From assembly GCA_951406725.2 (NCBI GenBank), contig OX597835.1, positions 8,990,001-9,054,000 of the forward strand: a DNA stretch of 64,000 nucleotides, in the 5' to 3' direction. A model generated the notes under the pieces. That model was not told the DNA's origin and did not search any database. It saw nothing but the letters and a program-made list of their open reading frames with translations. Below are positions 30,176-43,031 of the stretch, in pieces. This DNA is from Octopus vulgaris (lineage: Eukaryota). The translations under genes were made by a program, and so were the position numbers. Within the stretch, counting starts at the first letter, position 1. Each line of letters starts with the position of its first letter.

Positions 30176-30459
30176 CACTGTGATCGACCAGGCTATCAGA
30201 TGTTGCTACACATCACTGGTCACAATGCGCTTCACATTGTTTTAGAGTTCAAATGACGCCACCCCACTGGCTAAGCGAGCAGGCCAACAGAAGAAAGAGT
30301 GAGAGAAAGTTGTGGCGAAAGAGTACAGCAGTGATCGCCAGCACCCCCTACCGAAGGCTCGTGAAAGTTTAGGTGTTTTCAATAAACACTCACAACGGCT
30401 GGTCTGGGAATCGAAACCGCGAGTCCGCTGCCCTAACCACTGGGCTATTGCGCCACCAC
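30176..30459 (-). mobile_element. Family A head/body with an alternative 3' tail
   Basis: 30285-30459 matches family A; 30176-30285 (GATCGACCAGGCTATCAGATGTTGCTACACATC…) is a different tail. Confidence 0.8.
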
Positions 30460-31246
30460 ATATAAATATACAAACACACACACACATACACACACACATA
30501 CACACACACATACACACACACACACACTCTCTCTCTCTCACTTTCTCCCTATTCATCACTCTCTTGTACTGTCTTATATCTCACTCCGCCCCTACACACT
30601 CAATAAAAATATAAAAAGAAACAAAGTCTCATGAAAAATTAAATCTGAAGACACCACTAGAGTGGACGCAAGCACTGTTATATATAATTTATAAAAACAT
30701 GTGACATATTACTAAATATCTGTAAATATAAACCATCCAGATTTCTGAGTACCTTATTTCTTCTAATATATAATACATGCATATCATCTCTAATATATAT
30801 ATATATATATACACTCATACGGCGACACCAGAGAAAGCACGAGTAATGTAAGGAACACCATTAGCGTACAGCAATTTGGGCTATAGGACGCGGTGGACTT
30901 TATTTCAGTGCTCGGATAACATCCTAAACATTTAGCGAAGCCTTGAATATAAATAATGTAGTCGCTGGTTATAGCGGTTGAGAAAGCCATCTTGCTCTTC
31001 TCGTCATTTCTTGTTCTCATGACATTAGGTGAGCCATAAGCTCTGCTAATGGGGGATAAGAAAACAGTCTTTGTCTGTAAGGTCGTGGAAAGACAATAAT
31101 TTGGAACGAAACCTTTGTAAATGGAAAATCTTTCGGGGTTAGATGGGATTGTCTCCCTTTGACAATTTCCAGTTGTCCGAAAGGGTCAGTTTATGTTCAA
31201 ATTCCGTTCACAAGTACCAAGCGGGAAAATCCAAATGCATTCATAT

Positions 31247-31479
31247 ATATACTTTATTTAAAGCAGCAGAAAATTCAACAAAACATGTTACTCTGAGTTT
31301 CACGTTTCCGTTCGTTGGACAGTTTTTGCAAGAAAAAACTGTCCGACGAACGGGAACGTGAAACTCAGAGTAAGAGGTTTTGTTGAATTTTCTGCTGCTT
31401 TAAATAAAGCATATTACTCTACCACTGGTATTTGAGTACTCTTTTTTCCACCTTGTTTCACATTTATGTGTTTACTCCG

Positions 31480-31481
<2 letters not shown>
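31247..31481 (+). mobile_element. Penelope-like pLTR with inverted 5' copy; hammerhead at 31339-31376
   Basis: Inverted arms ~31247-31327 and ~31333-31414; CTGT-CCGACGA-ACG GGAA CGT-GAAAC TCAGA GTA-A(G/C)AG; tail ends in (TA)n. Confidence 0.75.
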
Positions 31482-31547
<66 letters not shown>

Positions 31548-32399
31548 GGTATATATATCATATATATATATATATATAGGTATATATGTTTATGTGAGTG
31601 TGTGTGTGTGTAGGAGAGGAAAGAATAGATATGTGCTTGTGTATTCTTGAATTTGTGTTGTTACCTTTATTTAAACATAAGGCTATAAATCTTCAAGAAT
31701 ACACAATGCATTTTTAACTTGAGCGAAGAGACTGAAAATTTAAAAACACGACATAATATATTTCTAAAACATAAAATATTTGAGTCAACGACTGAATATA
31801 TATTGGTCTCATATTCCATGAGCCTCGGCAACAGCACAATTCTAAGGTCAGGAATTTACATACGGTGTAGTTATTTCTTCTGCAATTTTCGCAAGTAAAT
31901 ATATGGGAAGTCGAAATGTGTTGAATTTTTATTACATTTAACTTTAAGGAAAAGTGATAAAAAGTAATGAGGAAAACTTCACCATTTTTTTTTCAAATTT
32001 TTATAGTTTTCCCTTGCATAGCTTATGTGATAATATATATATAAAACAAAATACAGAAAATCAGCGAACATCTTTTTAAAAAAATAATGAGCAATAGAAA
32101 TACAAGAAAATAGTAAATAGTCTTATCTAAGATTGAAAAATCCAATATTCCTTGCAAAGACGAACAAAAACTGAGAAAAAAAACTGATCCATATAAATTG
32201 AGAATAGTGTTTCTTACTGAAACGCATCTACGCACATCACGTGAACTCACACACACAACCACAGCTCTTTCCATCCTTCTTTCTCTCACTATCCCTCTCT
32301 CTCCCTCCACACCTTTCTCTCTACCTCGCTCCCGTTGTTTGCTCTTCCCATTTTTCTCCCCCTCTTTCTCTTCTTTCCCACACTCTTCCTCTCCTGGCC

Positions 32400-32700
<301 letters not shown>

Positions 32701-32948
32701 GCGTGGATGTATTTGATAATATATGCAAATACTTTCCGAAGTATATTAAGGGAAGTGTGAATATAAATGCTCACGTTGTTGTACGTGATGTAGCGGAAGT
32801 AGAGAAAATACGAATCGGATGCGCAACAAGATAAAGTATACTTGTCCCAATATGAATTTCAATGTTAGTAATTTACATAGAATGATGTGGGTGAGGTTGA
32901 AGAACAAGAAGTTTAGAGAAAGAAATTGCTATGAAAATATATATATAT

Positions 32949-33004
32949 TTGTTCCACGTCCTCGCGTTGTTGTGTTTTTTTGTGCTTTCTTGTTTGGATT
33001 AACT
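32949..33004 (+). mobile_element. 3'-terminal fragment of the 19816/36249 pLTR family
   Basis: TTCCACGTCCTCGCGTTGTTG…TGTTTGGATTAAC between TA runs. Confidence 0.7.
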
Positions 33005-33267
33005 ATATATATACAGAGAGAGAGAGAGAGAGACCACTGTGACTGTCGTATTGTGTGTATGTGTATGCGTGTATGTATATACATATAAGTGTTGGCGTAT
33101 CAGTATATATACATCCACCTACATATATAAATATATGTGCGTGTGTGTGTGTACATAAATGTATACACATATGCATATATATTTTCATGTACGTATATCT
33201 GTATGTATATGTATAGATACATAGATAGATACGTAGATATAATGGATAGATAGTCACATAGATAGAT

Positions 33268-33314
<47 letters not shown>

Positions 33315-33331
33315 CATAGATAGATAGACAG

Positions 33332-33375
<44 letters not shown>

Positions 33376-33376
<1 letters not shown>

Positions 33377-33428
33377 AGCTTCCTGAAGATTTCTCTTGAA
33401 TGAAACAGTACTAGTCCTGTAGAAGCTC
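33376..33428 (+). ncRNA. Type-I hammerhead ribozyme (within insert 33375-33503 in (TA)n)
   Basis: Stem I GAGCTTC/GAAGCTC (7 bp), CTGAAGA, stem II TTC/GAA, GAA, stem III ACAG/CTGT with loop containing palindromic ACTAGT, GUA cleavage triplet ending at 33421. Confidence 0.8.
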
Positions 33429-33499
33429 CTTCTATATAATAAATTAATTTTACTCTGCTATGTATTAGTACCTTATTACTGTGTTAACCGAATCAACCC

Positions 33500-33541
<42 letters not shown>

Positions 33542-33927
33542 CATATATATATATACATTTATGTGTATGTTTAAGTATTCTAGTCCTAACACGCTATCTT
33601 TAAGATTGCATCTTTTAAATCAGTTTTATATTATTGTATCATGAATGCCTATTGTGTGAAGGTATACATGCAGCATGCATGTAGGACGATTGCTACCATG
33701 AAGCGTGCTCGAACATCAACAGTGGTAAACGAAAGATAGATTTCTTTTATGGGCTGTCATTTTTTGAAAAGAACGTTTGTTATATCCAACTACATATATG
33801 CGCATTGGTGAACAAATGTCACCTCTCCTTTGTATTTCGCCAGGGACACATTGCATCATTGATATCCCTACAACGTTTGCTATTTACAGGCATATGTCAT
33901 ACATATATACATATATACATACATACA

Positions 33928-33961
<34 letters not shown>

Positions 33962-33978
33962 CATATATATATATATAA

Positions 33979-34031
<53 letters not shown>

Positions 34032-34056
34032 AAGAGAGAGAAAGAGAGAGGGAGAA

Positions 34057-34107
<51 letters not shown>

Positions 34108-34113
<6 letters not shown>

Positions 34114-34400
34114 GTCATTCCATAAGATCTGTCCGAATTGTGAATAAAGAAAACAAGTGATCAAATGTTATATTTAATTGAAATTTAATCATCAATGTAC
34201 TTTCCCTGATTATCTATGACTTACTTCCGTCTATTTACAAGCTTTTCAATCCTATTTATGTAAAATACTTTTGGTTTCAAAGTGAAGAACTCTGAAATGT
34301 CAGTTTCGACCTCTTCCTGACTTGCGAAATCCAAATGATTCTGTTAACTACGAAACAAATGGTAGTCTGAAGGAGCAAGGTCGGGAGAATAAGGTGGGTG
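34108..34400 (-). mobile_element. Mariner 3' end with TIR, second copy, abutting (TA)n
   Basis: Reverse complement of ~13160-13458 (CAGGTCATTCCATAAGATCTGTCCGAATT…); TA-dinucleotide context. Confidence 0.9.
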
Positions 34401-34489
34401 AGAGTAAATACATTTATATGTGAATGTTTGCTGTGCGTGTATCTATCTGTGCGTGTATGTGTTTATGTGTTTGTTTGTTTGTGTGTGTG

Positions 34490-34925
34490 AGGCGCTGATT
34501 ATGAGTGTTTTAGAAGCTCTCTTGGCTCAATCTCTCTGCGTGGCACCATGGACTGGTGTCTTATAGATCTGGGCCTTGCTAGTAAACAGAGTAGAAAGAA
34601 ATTGATGAAGTCCCTCATGTGTATATATGTGTGTATGTGTCTATGCGTATGCATGTTCTTTTTCTGTTTGTGTGCGTTTGTGCTTGTGTGTCTGTTTATG
34701 TGTGTGTGTATGTGTGTGTGTGTCTTTTCGATCGGCCACATTTACATAACTGGCGCCAATTTGTTTACGTCGTAGTAAACAGACGACTCTGGAAAATAAA
34801 TTGATAGAATCAATACAAACTTCGGCTTTAAATATATGGTGGGGTAGATTTGCTTGACTCAACTAATCAAGGTTTTGGCTCATCTTGGTCGCACTGCAAT
34901 TAGTAAAACAAATAAAGTAAGAAAA
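34490..34925 (+). mobile_element. Diverged family C-like SINE
   Basis: CTGCGTGGCACCATGG…internal (TG)n…TTGATAGAATCAATAC…AAAACAAATAAAGTAAG. Confidence 0.55.
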
Positions 34926-35539
34926 GATAGATATACCTACACTCATACACACATACACACCCTCACACACACACACATACAAACACACACACACACAAAC
35001 ACACACATACACACACACATACACACACACTCAAACACGCAAACACACTAAATGATAATTCAAGAACTACGTAACTAACTAACTAATCCAATCAGGAATA
35101 ACACCCCTCAGTGAAATCCCTTCCGACTATATTTCAAGAAGACCTTCCCATTTCACTTCCTGTTTTATTAACTTTCGCTGAGTTATAAACCATGAGTTCT
35201 GGTTCGTACCATTGCTGTGAAGCTTTATATTTTCGACGAGACAAAATGTGATAAAAATCAATTTCTTTGCTTCATCCTTGCAGCTGTTTTCTTACCCGTT
35301 GTTATTGTTATTTTCTTGCAATTATTCTTCATTTTCTTGCAATTTCTGTTTCTTGTAATTGTTATTGCAAATGCTGTTCTATAATAAATCGGTCTTTCAA
35401 CCGATCTATTATAGAGCAAGATTTTCTAGCCTGAGCACATCCGTCTTTTGTTTACTTGGTTAATATTTTGTTTACTTGGTCAATATTTTGTTAAATATGT
35501 TCTTAAATATTAGGCATCCATTGGATTATCTTCAGCAAC

Positions 35540-36120
35540 TTAAGAGGGTTCGATGTTCTTTAGATGAACAGTCCTACTCTTCTTTGACCTTTGGACTGGG
35601 ATGAATCCCACACATACCGAATCAATATAGGACATTATATCTGATTTCCTCGTTACCTGTACACAGAGTGCGGTGAATAAACTGTCGTCTAAATTACGCA
35701 GAAATGAAAATAACTCTGACATCTCATTTTAAGAGATATATTTGCCAAAATGACATAAAAATATTTTGTCATATTCTAAGTAACAGGATGTTCCTAACAA
35801 AATTTATAGACTTCAGACAAAAACCCAATGGATCAGCCCGACTCAAAACATAGAGGGTTACAAGTTTTTAAGGACGTTCACAACCAGCGCCTCTTACATT
35901 TTGCCCTGGGTCGAAAATATCTTCCATACCACAGGAATGCAAGCCTTTTTCCCAAACAACAGTAACACTCCGCAAACTGTTTTGCGTCAGATTCCAAAAT
36001 GTGCCCAACGCTTAGTCTACAAAAAATATGTGTGAGATAATGCCTATCAGATCCGTGTTTATTTAGCTGATGTTCCTGGGCAAATCGCATTTCTACCTAG
36101 CTGAATTCATGCTGAGTACA
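35540..36120 (-). mobile_element. Highly decayed RLE-type LINE C-terminus (tentative)
   Basis: Minus-strand remnants in the expected order: AQE.Q, CRL.SV.HIL (CCHC-like), RKSDIM (RPD-like endonuclease motif). Confidence 0.3.
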
Positions 36121-36248
36121 AAAATGCACGATTGTTGCTTTAGGAACATCGCAGCTGTGCGTGTACATATCCACACTCACACAAGCACAAGCTCACATGT
36201 AAATAATATAGACACAATCATATACATGTGTATGTATATATATATATA

Positions 36249-36446
36249 TATCGTTGGCGATTTTCTTTCTCCGTTTTCCCTTCTTTCGACTTTTTCTATA
36301 TTTCTGACGAAGAGCTCCGCTCGAAACGTGAAATCCGCTTTCTTTTCTTTCCTTTCCTGAGCGTCCAATAACACTGTACTTATTCCACGTCCTCGTGTTG
36401 CTGTTTTTTGTTGTTTTTTTTTTTGCTTGTTCATGTTTGGATTAAC
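36249..36446 (+). mobile_element. Penelope-like pLTR/retrozyme copy; minimal hammerhead at 36300-36334
   Basis: ATTT-CTGACGA-A-GAGC TCC GCTC-GAAAC-GTG-AAAT; flanked by (TA)n. Confidence 0.75.
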
Positions 36447-36472
36447 TATATATATATCTATATATACATCTA

Positions 36473-36552
<80 letters not shown>

Positions 36553-36558
<6 letters not shown>

Positions 36559-37084
36559 TAAATAAATGGCACAACGAAGCACCGATATTTACTGGAAAAT
36601 AGCGAACGTAGTAAATACGACGCTAATGTATAGCCTCACTGCGTATGTACTAGTAAAGATGCGTGTGTGCAACAAACATGGAAAAATTTGTCTTACCTCT
36701 AGGAAGAACATATGAAAAATGAAAAACCTAGAAACGGATAATGCAGGACCGGTTTCAGACTCTTCAAAATACGTTTGCCAATGTATATTTGATTTGTCAT
36801 CATCAGCTGCATAAACCTCGACAACATTTCAAATGTTGCCACAACCATGCCAGTACACTCGTCTGAACGCCAAAACGTTAACAGAACGAGAACAGTGAAG
36901 AAGTTTCAATGAAAATAGTAATGCAATACGAGTGTATTGCTTTCCAGTAAAGGATAGCCCGTAAGGGTAAAATTATACATATAAAAGTAAATAAATTGCA
37001 CAACGAAGCACCGATATTTACTGGAAAATAGCGAACGTAATAAATCCGACGCTAATGTATAGCTTCACTGCGTATGCACTAGTA
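36553..37084 (-). mobile_element. 429-bp hammerhead-containing unit plus ~100-bp partial tandem copy (retrozyme/pLTR-like)
   Basis: TAAAAGTAAATAAAT…ACTAGTAA at 36553 and again at 36982; adjoins (TA)n. Confidence 0.75.
36741..36812 (-). ncRNA. Type-I hammerhead ribozyme
   Basis: Minus strand: ATGCAG-CTGATGA-T GAC…GTC T-GAAAC CG GTC-CTGCAT; perfect 6-bp stem I, palindromic ACCGGT stem III, GUC triplet. Confidence 0.85.
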
Positions 37085-37100
37085 ATATAAGATGATATAA

Positions 37101-37217
37101 CCTCTTAGTTTCCTACCATATATTTTACAATCAATAAGCAATTGTACGGTTGCTATATCGCTGATGCATAGACTTCCTGTAGAATATGTCCATATCTCGG
37201 ACGCTCCCTGTCATAGC

Positions 37218-37220
<3 letters not shown>
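37101..37220 (+). repeat. ~120-bp dispersed duplication of 39356-39475
   Basis: CCTCTTAGTTTCCTACCATATATTTTAC…CTCCCTGTCA(T/A)AGCGTAT at both sites with about 5 differences. Confidence 0.9.
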
Positions 37221-37266
<46 letters not shown>

Positions 37267-37354
37267 GACACACATGCAAGCGTAAAATTATATATGTGTT
37301 TGTATATATAATAATATATAAATACACGCACACTTGCATACATACATGCATATA

Positions 37355-37587
37355 TATTTCTTTACTACCCACAAGGGGCTAAACGCAGAGGGGACAAACA
37401 AGGACAGACAAACAGATTAAATCGATTACATCGACCCCAATGCGTAACTGGTACTTAATTTATCGATCCCGAAAGGATGAAAGGCAAAGTCGACCTCGGC
37501 GGAATTTGAACCCAGAACGTAACGGCAGACGAAATACGGCTACGCATTTCGCCCGGCGTGCTAACGATTCTGCCAGCCCACCGCCTT
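37355..37587 (-). mobile_element. Family D SINE, full length
   Basis: Reverse complement of the 14884-type element. Confidence 0.9.
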
Positions 37588-38337
37588 ATAGGCACGCGTA
37601 CACATACACACACAGATAGAGAGAGAAGTGTATGTGAATGTGTGCGCCTACATCAATATTATCGACAAGCATCAATATTCAATTTATATTTCCTTTGTTA
37701 CTGTTTTCTCACATCAGAGTGTGAAATGGTTTACTACAGAAACACTCGGCGAAGAGACACTTCCAGCTTTTCTGTTGTCCTATACGTATCCTGAATGAAA
37801 CGAACGCATATACATCTGTACAGGCCTTACGTTGAGCAATTGGCTGGTTCAGAGGCCAAATTAGCATCTACGAAGTATTTCTATTTCACTTGTTATATCA
37901 TCTTATATTACTTGAAATACAGGCTGCAATACAGCATTATTCAGTGACAAGCACTTTGGATTCCATTCATACACGAAATGTTCATAATCAAAAATTAACC
38001 CTTGTGATTATATCTCACACATTATATACATGGACGCTTCAAAGCCCCTGGTGGTATTTCTTAAGTGCTTCTGTCTCACTTGTCTTATTACGTTCCAGTT
38101 ATTGTAAACGTTTAAATCTCTTTAAATACATTGGTAAAACTTTAGTTTAAAAACTCGATTCTCAAGAAAACACTTACGACAAGTTATTCTGTGGTTAGTG
38201 ACGTTGTGATTGGATGCCAAGTGTATAAGCGCTCTGAGAAAAACAATGTAGCTCTTGCAATTTCGATTCACCAACAGACCGACAATTGAGATTTTGGTTC
38301 TATACTGCTTCACGCATATTCATTACGGCCGTTCATA

Positions 38338-38722
38338 TAGGAGCACTCCGTCGGTTGCGACGATGAGGGTCCCAGCTGATACGATCAACGGAACAGCTTG
38401 CTCGTGATATTAACGTGCAAGTGGCTGAGCACTCCACAGACACGTGTACCCTTAACGTAGTTCTCGAGGAGATTCAGCGTGACACACGGAATGTGACAGG
38501 CTGGCCATTTGAAATACAGGTACAAGAGAAACAGGAAGAAGGAGTGAGAGAAAGTTGTGGTGAAAGAGTACAGCAGGGTTCACCACCACCCCCTGCCGGA
38601 GCCTCGTGGAGCTTTTAGGTGTTTTCGCTCAATAAACACTCACAATGCCCGGTCTGGGAATCGAAACCGCGATCCTCCGACCGCGAGTCCACTGCCCTAA
38701 TCACTGGGCCATTGCGCCTCAA
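38338..38722 (-). mobile_element. Family A SINE, full length
   Basis: Reverse complement of 966-1347; TSD ACGGCCGTTCATA at 38325-38337 and 38723-38735. Confidence 0.92.
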
Positions 38723-39697
38723 ACGGCCGTTCATACACGTCGGTTTCTCACCAATGGTTCAATGGAGTGTTAGGTAACACACAGTTGAACCCCACCAAAT
38801 GCAAAGAATTGGTAAGAACGGTGGCAATGGCTATATAATAATGTACGCTGCAATTATTATACCCACTCTATTGACAGATATATGAGTGCACTTTTCCTAA
38901 CTTACGGACTCTTAGACGACTTACACCCCCCACACGCACACCCACCCACATGCATATACCTTTCTTAAACATATCTACACTCAGACTCATCAGAATTTTT
39001 AAAACGTTTTCCATCCCTCACAAAGTGAATGCTTTACGTTTGCCTGTTTATATTTGTATGATCCTTTTGTCTCTCCTTCGCTATCACTGCCAATTTCTTC
39101 GTATCTCTCTTCCCAATAATTTTCTACCGCAAACATCCTTTCGTATATTCTCATCATTCCCCTCATTCTGTCACACCACAATATTATTTTGCATACTTTT
39201 GCATATCAGTTATTTTTAACAATTTTGTTCATTTTTGCACACTCCCAAACGCACACACGTTTATTTTGTTAATTTATTTTATTATTTATATGTATACCTT
39301 ATGCAGATTCTCCATTTTCTCAACTGCATGGCTTCTTTCGGATTTATATTAGCATCCTCTTAGTTTCCTACCATATATTTTACAATCAATAAGCAATTGT
39401 ACGGTTGCTATATCGCAGATGGATAGATTTCCTGTAGAATATGTCCATATCTCGGAGGCTCCCTGTCAAAGCGTATTTACATTCGAGGTGATTCTGCCAT
39501 GACAGAATCCTACACTCAACACCAAAACCCCCATCAGCTCTATTGTTATACCAAAGATGTCAAGTTGTTCCGATTACGGTTCTGCTGCATAGTCACACAC
39601 TTGCTGCCCCTTTAAGCCCCACCCCACCCCCACCCCAGCGCTCTCCCTAAATAACTTAAGTTACAACCGGTTTCATAGTGAATTAGGTAATCTCTTT

Positions 39698-40027
39698 GAG
39701 GGCGCGTGGCTTAGTGGTTAGGGCATTCGGCTCATGATCGTAAGGTTGTGAGTTCGATTCCCGGCGACGCGTTGTGTCCTTGAGCAAGACACTTTATTTC
39801 ACGTTGCTCCAGTCCACTCAGCTGGCAAAAATGAGTTGTACTTGTATTTCAAAGGGTCAGCCTTGTCACTCTCTGTGTCACGCTGATTATCCCCGAGAAC
39901 TACGTTAAGGGTACACGTGTCTGTGGAATGCTCAGCCATTTGCACGTTAATTTCACGAGCAAGCTGTTCCGTTGATCGTATCAGCTGGGACCCTCATCGT
40001 CGCAACCGATGGAGTCTTTAAAAAAAA
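39698..40027 (+). mobile_element. CORE-type SINE, family B (OR2-like), full length
   Basis: tRNA head (TGGCTTAGTGG, GTTCGATTCC); MIR-CORE-like TGTGTCCTTGAGCAAGACACTT; tail shared with family A; short poly-A; TSD AGGTAATCTCTTT at 39685-39697 and 40028-40040. Confidence 0.9.
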
Positions 40028-40037
40028 AGGTAATCTC

Positions 40038-40243
40038 TTTACTCTCTTTTTACTCTTTTACTTGTTTGAGTCATTTGACTGCGGGCATGCTGGAGCACCG
40101 CCTTTAGTCGAGTAAATCGACCGCGGGACTTATTCTTTGTAAGCCCAGTACTTTTGCCGAACCGCAAAGTGACGGGGACATAAACACACCAGCATCGGTT
40201 GTCAAGCAATGGTAGGGAGACAAACACAGGCACACAAACACAT

Positions 40244-40308
<65 letters not shown>

Positions 40309-40443
40309 TACGACAGGCTTCTTTCAGTTTCCGTCTACCAAATCCACTCACAAGGCATTGGTCGGCCCGGGGCTATAGCAGAAGACACCTGCCCAAGATG
40401 CCACGCAGTGGGACCGAACCCGGAACCATGTGGTTGGTTAGCA
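40038..40443 (-). mobile_element. Family C SINE, head partly missing
   Basis: (TACTCTT)n tail abutting the previous TSD; internal (TA)n. Confidence 0.9.
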
Positions 40444-40716
40444 TCATACCTTTTACTGGCAAAGTTTCTTCCGCCAATCTCCTCTAACATTAGTGGGATT
40501 CACTGACTTATTTTAATCTAGCTGATTGCCCACACACTTTATATAACGCAAATAATTATTTTAGTCAAAATCTAATTGGGAGACAGATTAGTCATCATTC
40601 ACTTGATCATGATTTGGTTGAACTGGATTACCTGAATCCCAGGAGCAGGTTATTTAATGAAATTGGTTACGGCTCAGTTTAAAGTGCAAATTGTAAATAA
40701 TAAGAAAAAAAAATAT

Positions 40717-41099
40717 CAGGAGAGCCTGTGTGGTAAGTAGCTTGCTAACCCACCACATGGTTCTGGGTTCAGTCCCACTGCGTGGTACCTTGGACAAGTA
40801 TCTTCTACTATGGCCTCGGGCCGACCAATGCCTTGTGAGTGGATTTGGTAGAAGGGAACCGAAAGAAGACCGTCGTATATATGTATGTTTGTGTGTCTGT
40901 GTTTGTCCCCCTAGCATTGCTTGACAACCGATGCTGGTGTGTTTATGTCCCCGTCACTTAGCAGTTCGGCAAAAGAGACAGATAGAATAAGTACTGAGCT
41001 TACAAAGAATAAGTCCCGGGGTCGAGTTGCTCGATTAATGGTGGTGCTCCAGCATGGCCGCAGTCAAATGACTGAAACAAGTAAATGAGTAAAAGAGTA
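40717..41099 (+). mobile_element. Family C SINE
   Basis: Matches 27370-27789. Confidence 0.9.
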
Positions 41100-41329
41100 G
41101 GTACAAAAATTTGACCCTCTGGATTTCTTGTGTCAATGGTATGTAATCTTCCAACTTGTAAAAGTTTCGTATCAGATATGATTCAGTTATGTCAGATCCT
41201 CTTGTATTTATTTATTATATATCTGTCCATTTCATTTAATGAACTGTAGGGATTACAAAGACTATTGTAGGAGTTAAAGCAACAAATTCACAAACACACA
41301 AACTTGTCATTTATTATTATAGATATTAT

Positions 41330-41517
41330 AGGCGCAGGAGTGGCTGTGTGGTAAGTAGCTTTCTTACCAACCACAAGTAGCTTTCTTACCAACTCGGTTC
41401 AGTCCCACTGCGTGGCACCTTGGGCAAGTGTCTTCTACTATTGCCTCGGGCCGACCAAAGCCTTGTGAGTGGATTTGGTAGACGGAAACTGAAAGAAGCC
41501 TGTCGTAAATATGTATG

Positions 41518-41567
<50 letters not shown>

Positions 41568-41605
41568 TGTGTGCGTCTGTGTGTGCGTGTGTGTGTGCGT
41601 GTATG
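41330..41605 (+). mobile_element. Family C SINE 5' half ending in microsatellite
   Basis: Head contains a 19-bp internal duplication AAGTAGCTTTCTTACCAAC. Confidence 0.85.
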
Positions 41606-42271
41606 CTATATTTATCTTTACATTGGTTTTCATTATCCATGTTCTCACTTAATTTCATATTGATGGCTATGTTAAAGTGGGGGTGTCGTAACTGACAAGA
41701 AAACCTTATGGAATCACAAGCAGGTTATTTTGAATGTAGACATTTTCGGCTATTTTGTTTTCAAATCTATTCAATACATATGAACGAATGTTTATATTCC
41801 ATATAGGGGACGTGTGATTACACACAAACACACATACTCACACACACACTCATACACACACACACATAAGAACACGCACACATACACACGCACACTTACA
41901 CACAAAAGACACACAAACACACAAGCACATACATACACGCATTCACACACGCATTCACACACACACACACACGTCAGGAGATAAGAGTGCAAATTCGTTC
42001 CTGACATTCGATGTAATTATAAAATTGTATAGATAATTAGTAATCCACCTGAGTGTAATGCGTGTGTGACTGTGTGCATGCGCACGTGTATGTGTTTCGT
42101 ATTGTGTGCTCGAACGGTGTTATTCAAATATTTGCTCGGCAGGGAAAGGAATTGAATCGTTCTTCATGCTTAGTTTCCGTACAACCTATTTTAGATTACT
42201 GAAAATCCTCTCTCTCTCTCTCTTTCTATCTCTCGCACATTGACTATATATATATATATATATATGATATA

Positions 42272-42304
<33 letters not shown>

Positions 42305-42342
42305 ATATATATATATATATATATACATATATACACATATAC

Positions 42343-42375
<33 letters not shown>

Positions 42376-42626
42376 CATACTTACATATACATTATATGTA
42401 TATATATATACATATATATATAATTGTATATATATATTATTTTATGGATAATACCATATAGATTTCTGGTGCATCTAAGTTAAGTACCGCATTCATGTGT
42501 ATTTATTAGAACTCACTTGAATCTTAATTGCTTTTATTATATATATATATATATATATACATGCAGAGGGAGAGAGAGATTTTATGTGTATGCGTATATG
42601 TATTTACTTGTATGTTTGCATAGTTG

Positions 42627-42697
<71 letters not shown>

Positions 42698-42973
42698 GAA
42701 AGTTCACCTTTACATTCAAAATAAATTTTTTCAACATGATCATTAACACGTTAATTGCATTCAAATATAGCAGTGCCTTATCTCGCAATATGTTTAAATA
42801 AAATATGCCATTCCAATTTTGACGCCTCTGGGGAACATATTTCGCAATTTGTTTATTAAACGATTCTGAATAAATTTTGAAACACATAAATATGTTTTTT
42901 CTCACACGCCCACATAAAATGTCGCATCATCCGATCACCGAACTTAGTTACTCTCTCTCTCTCTCACTCTCTC

Positions 42974-43027
<54 letters not shown>

Positions 43028-43031
<4 letters not shown>

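Noticed and set aside
39380-39470. Host exon or RTE remnant (PYLGGSLSK) in the duplicated 120-bp segment
   Set aside because: In-frame stop nearby, weak splice context, and the motif is too short to assign
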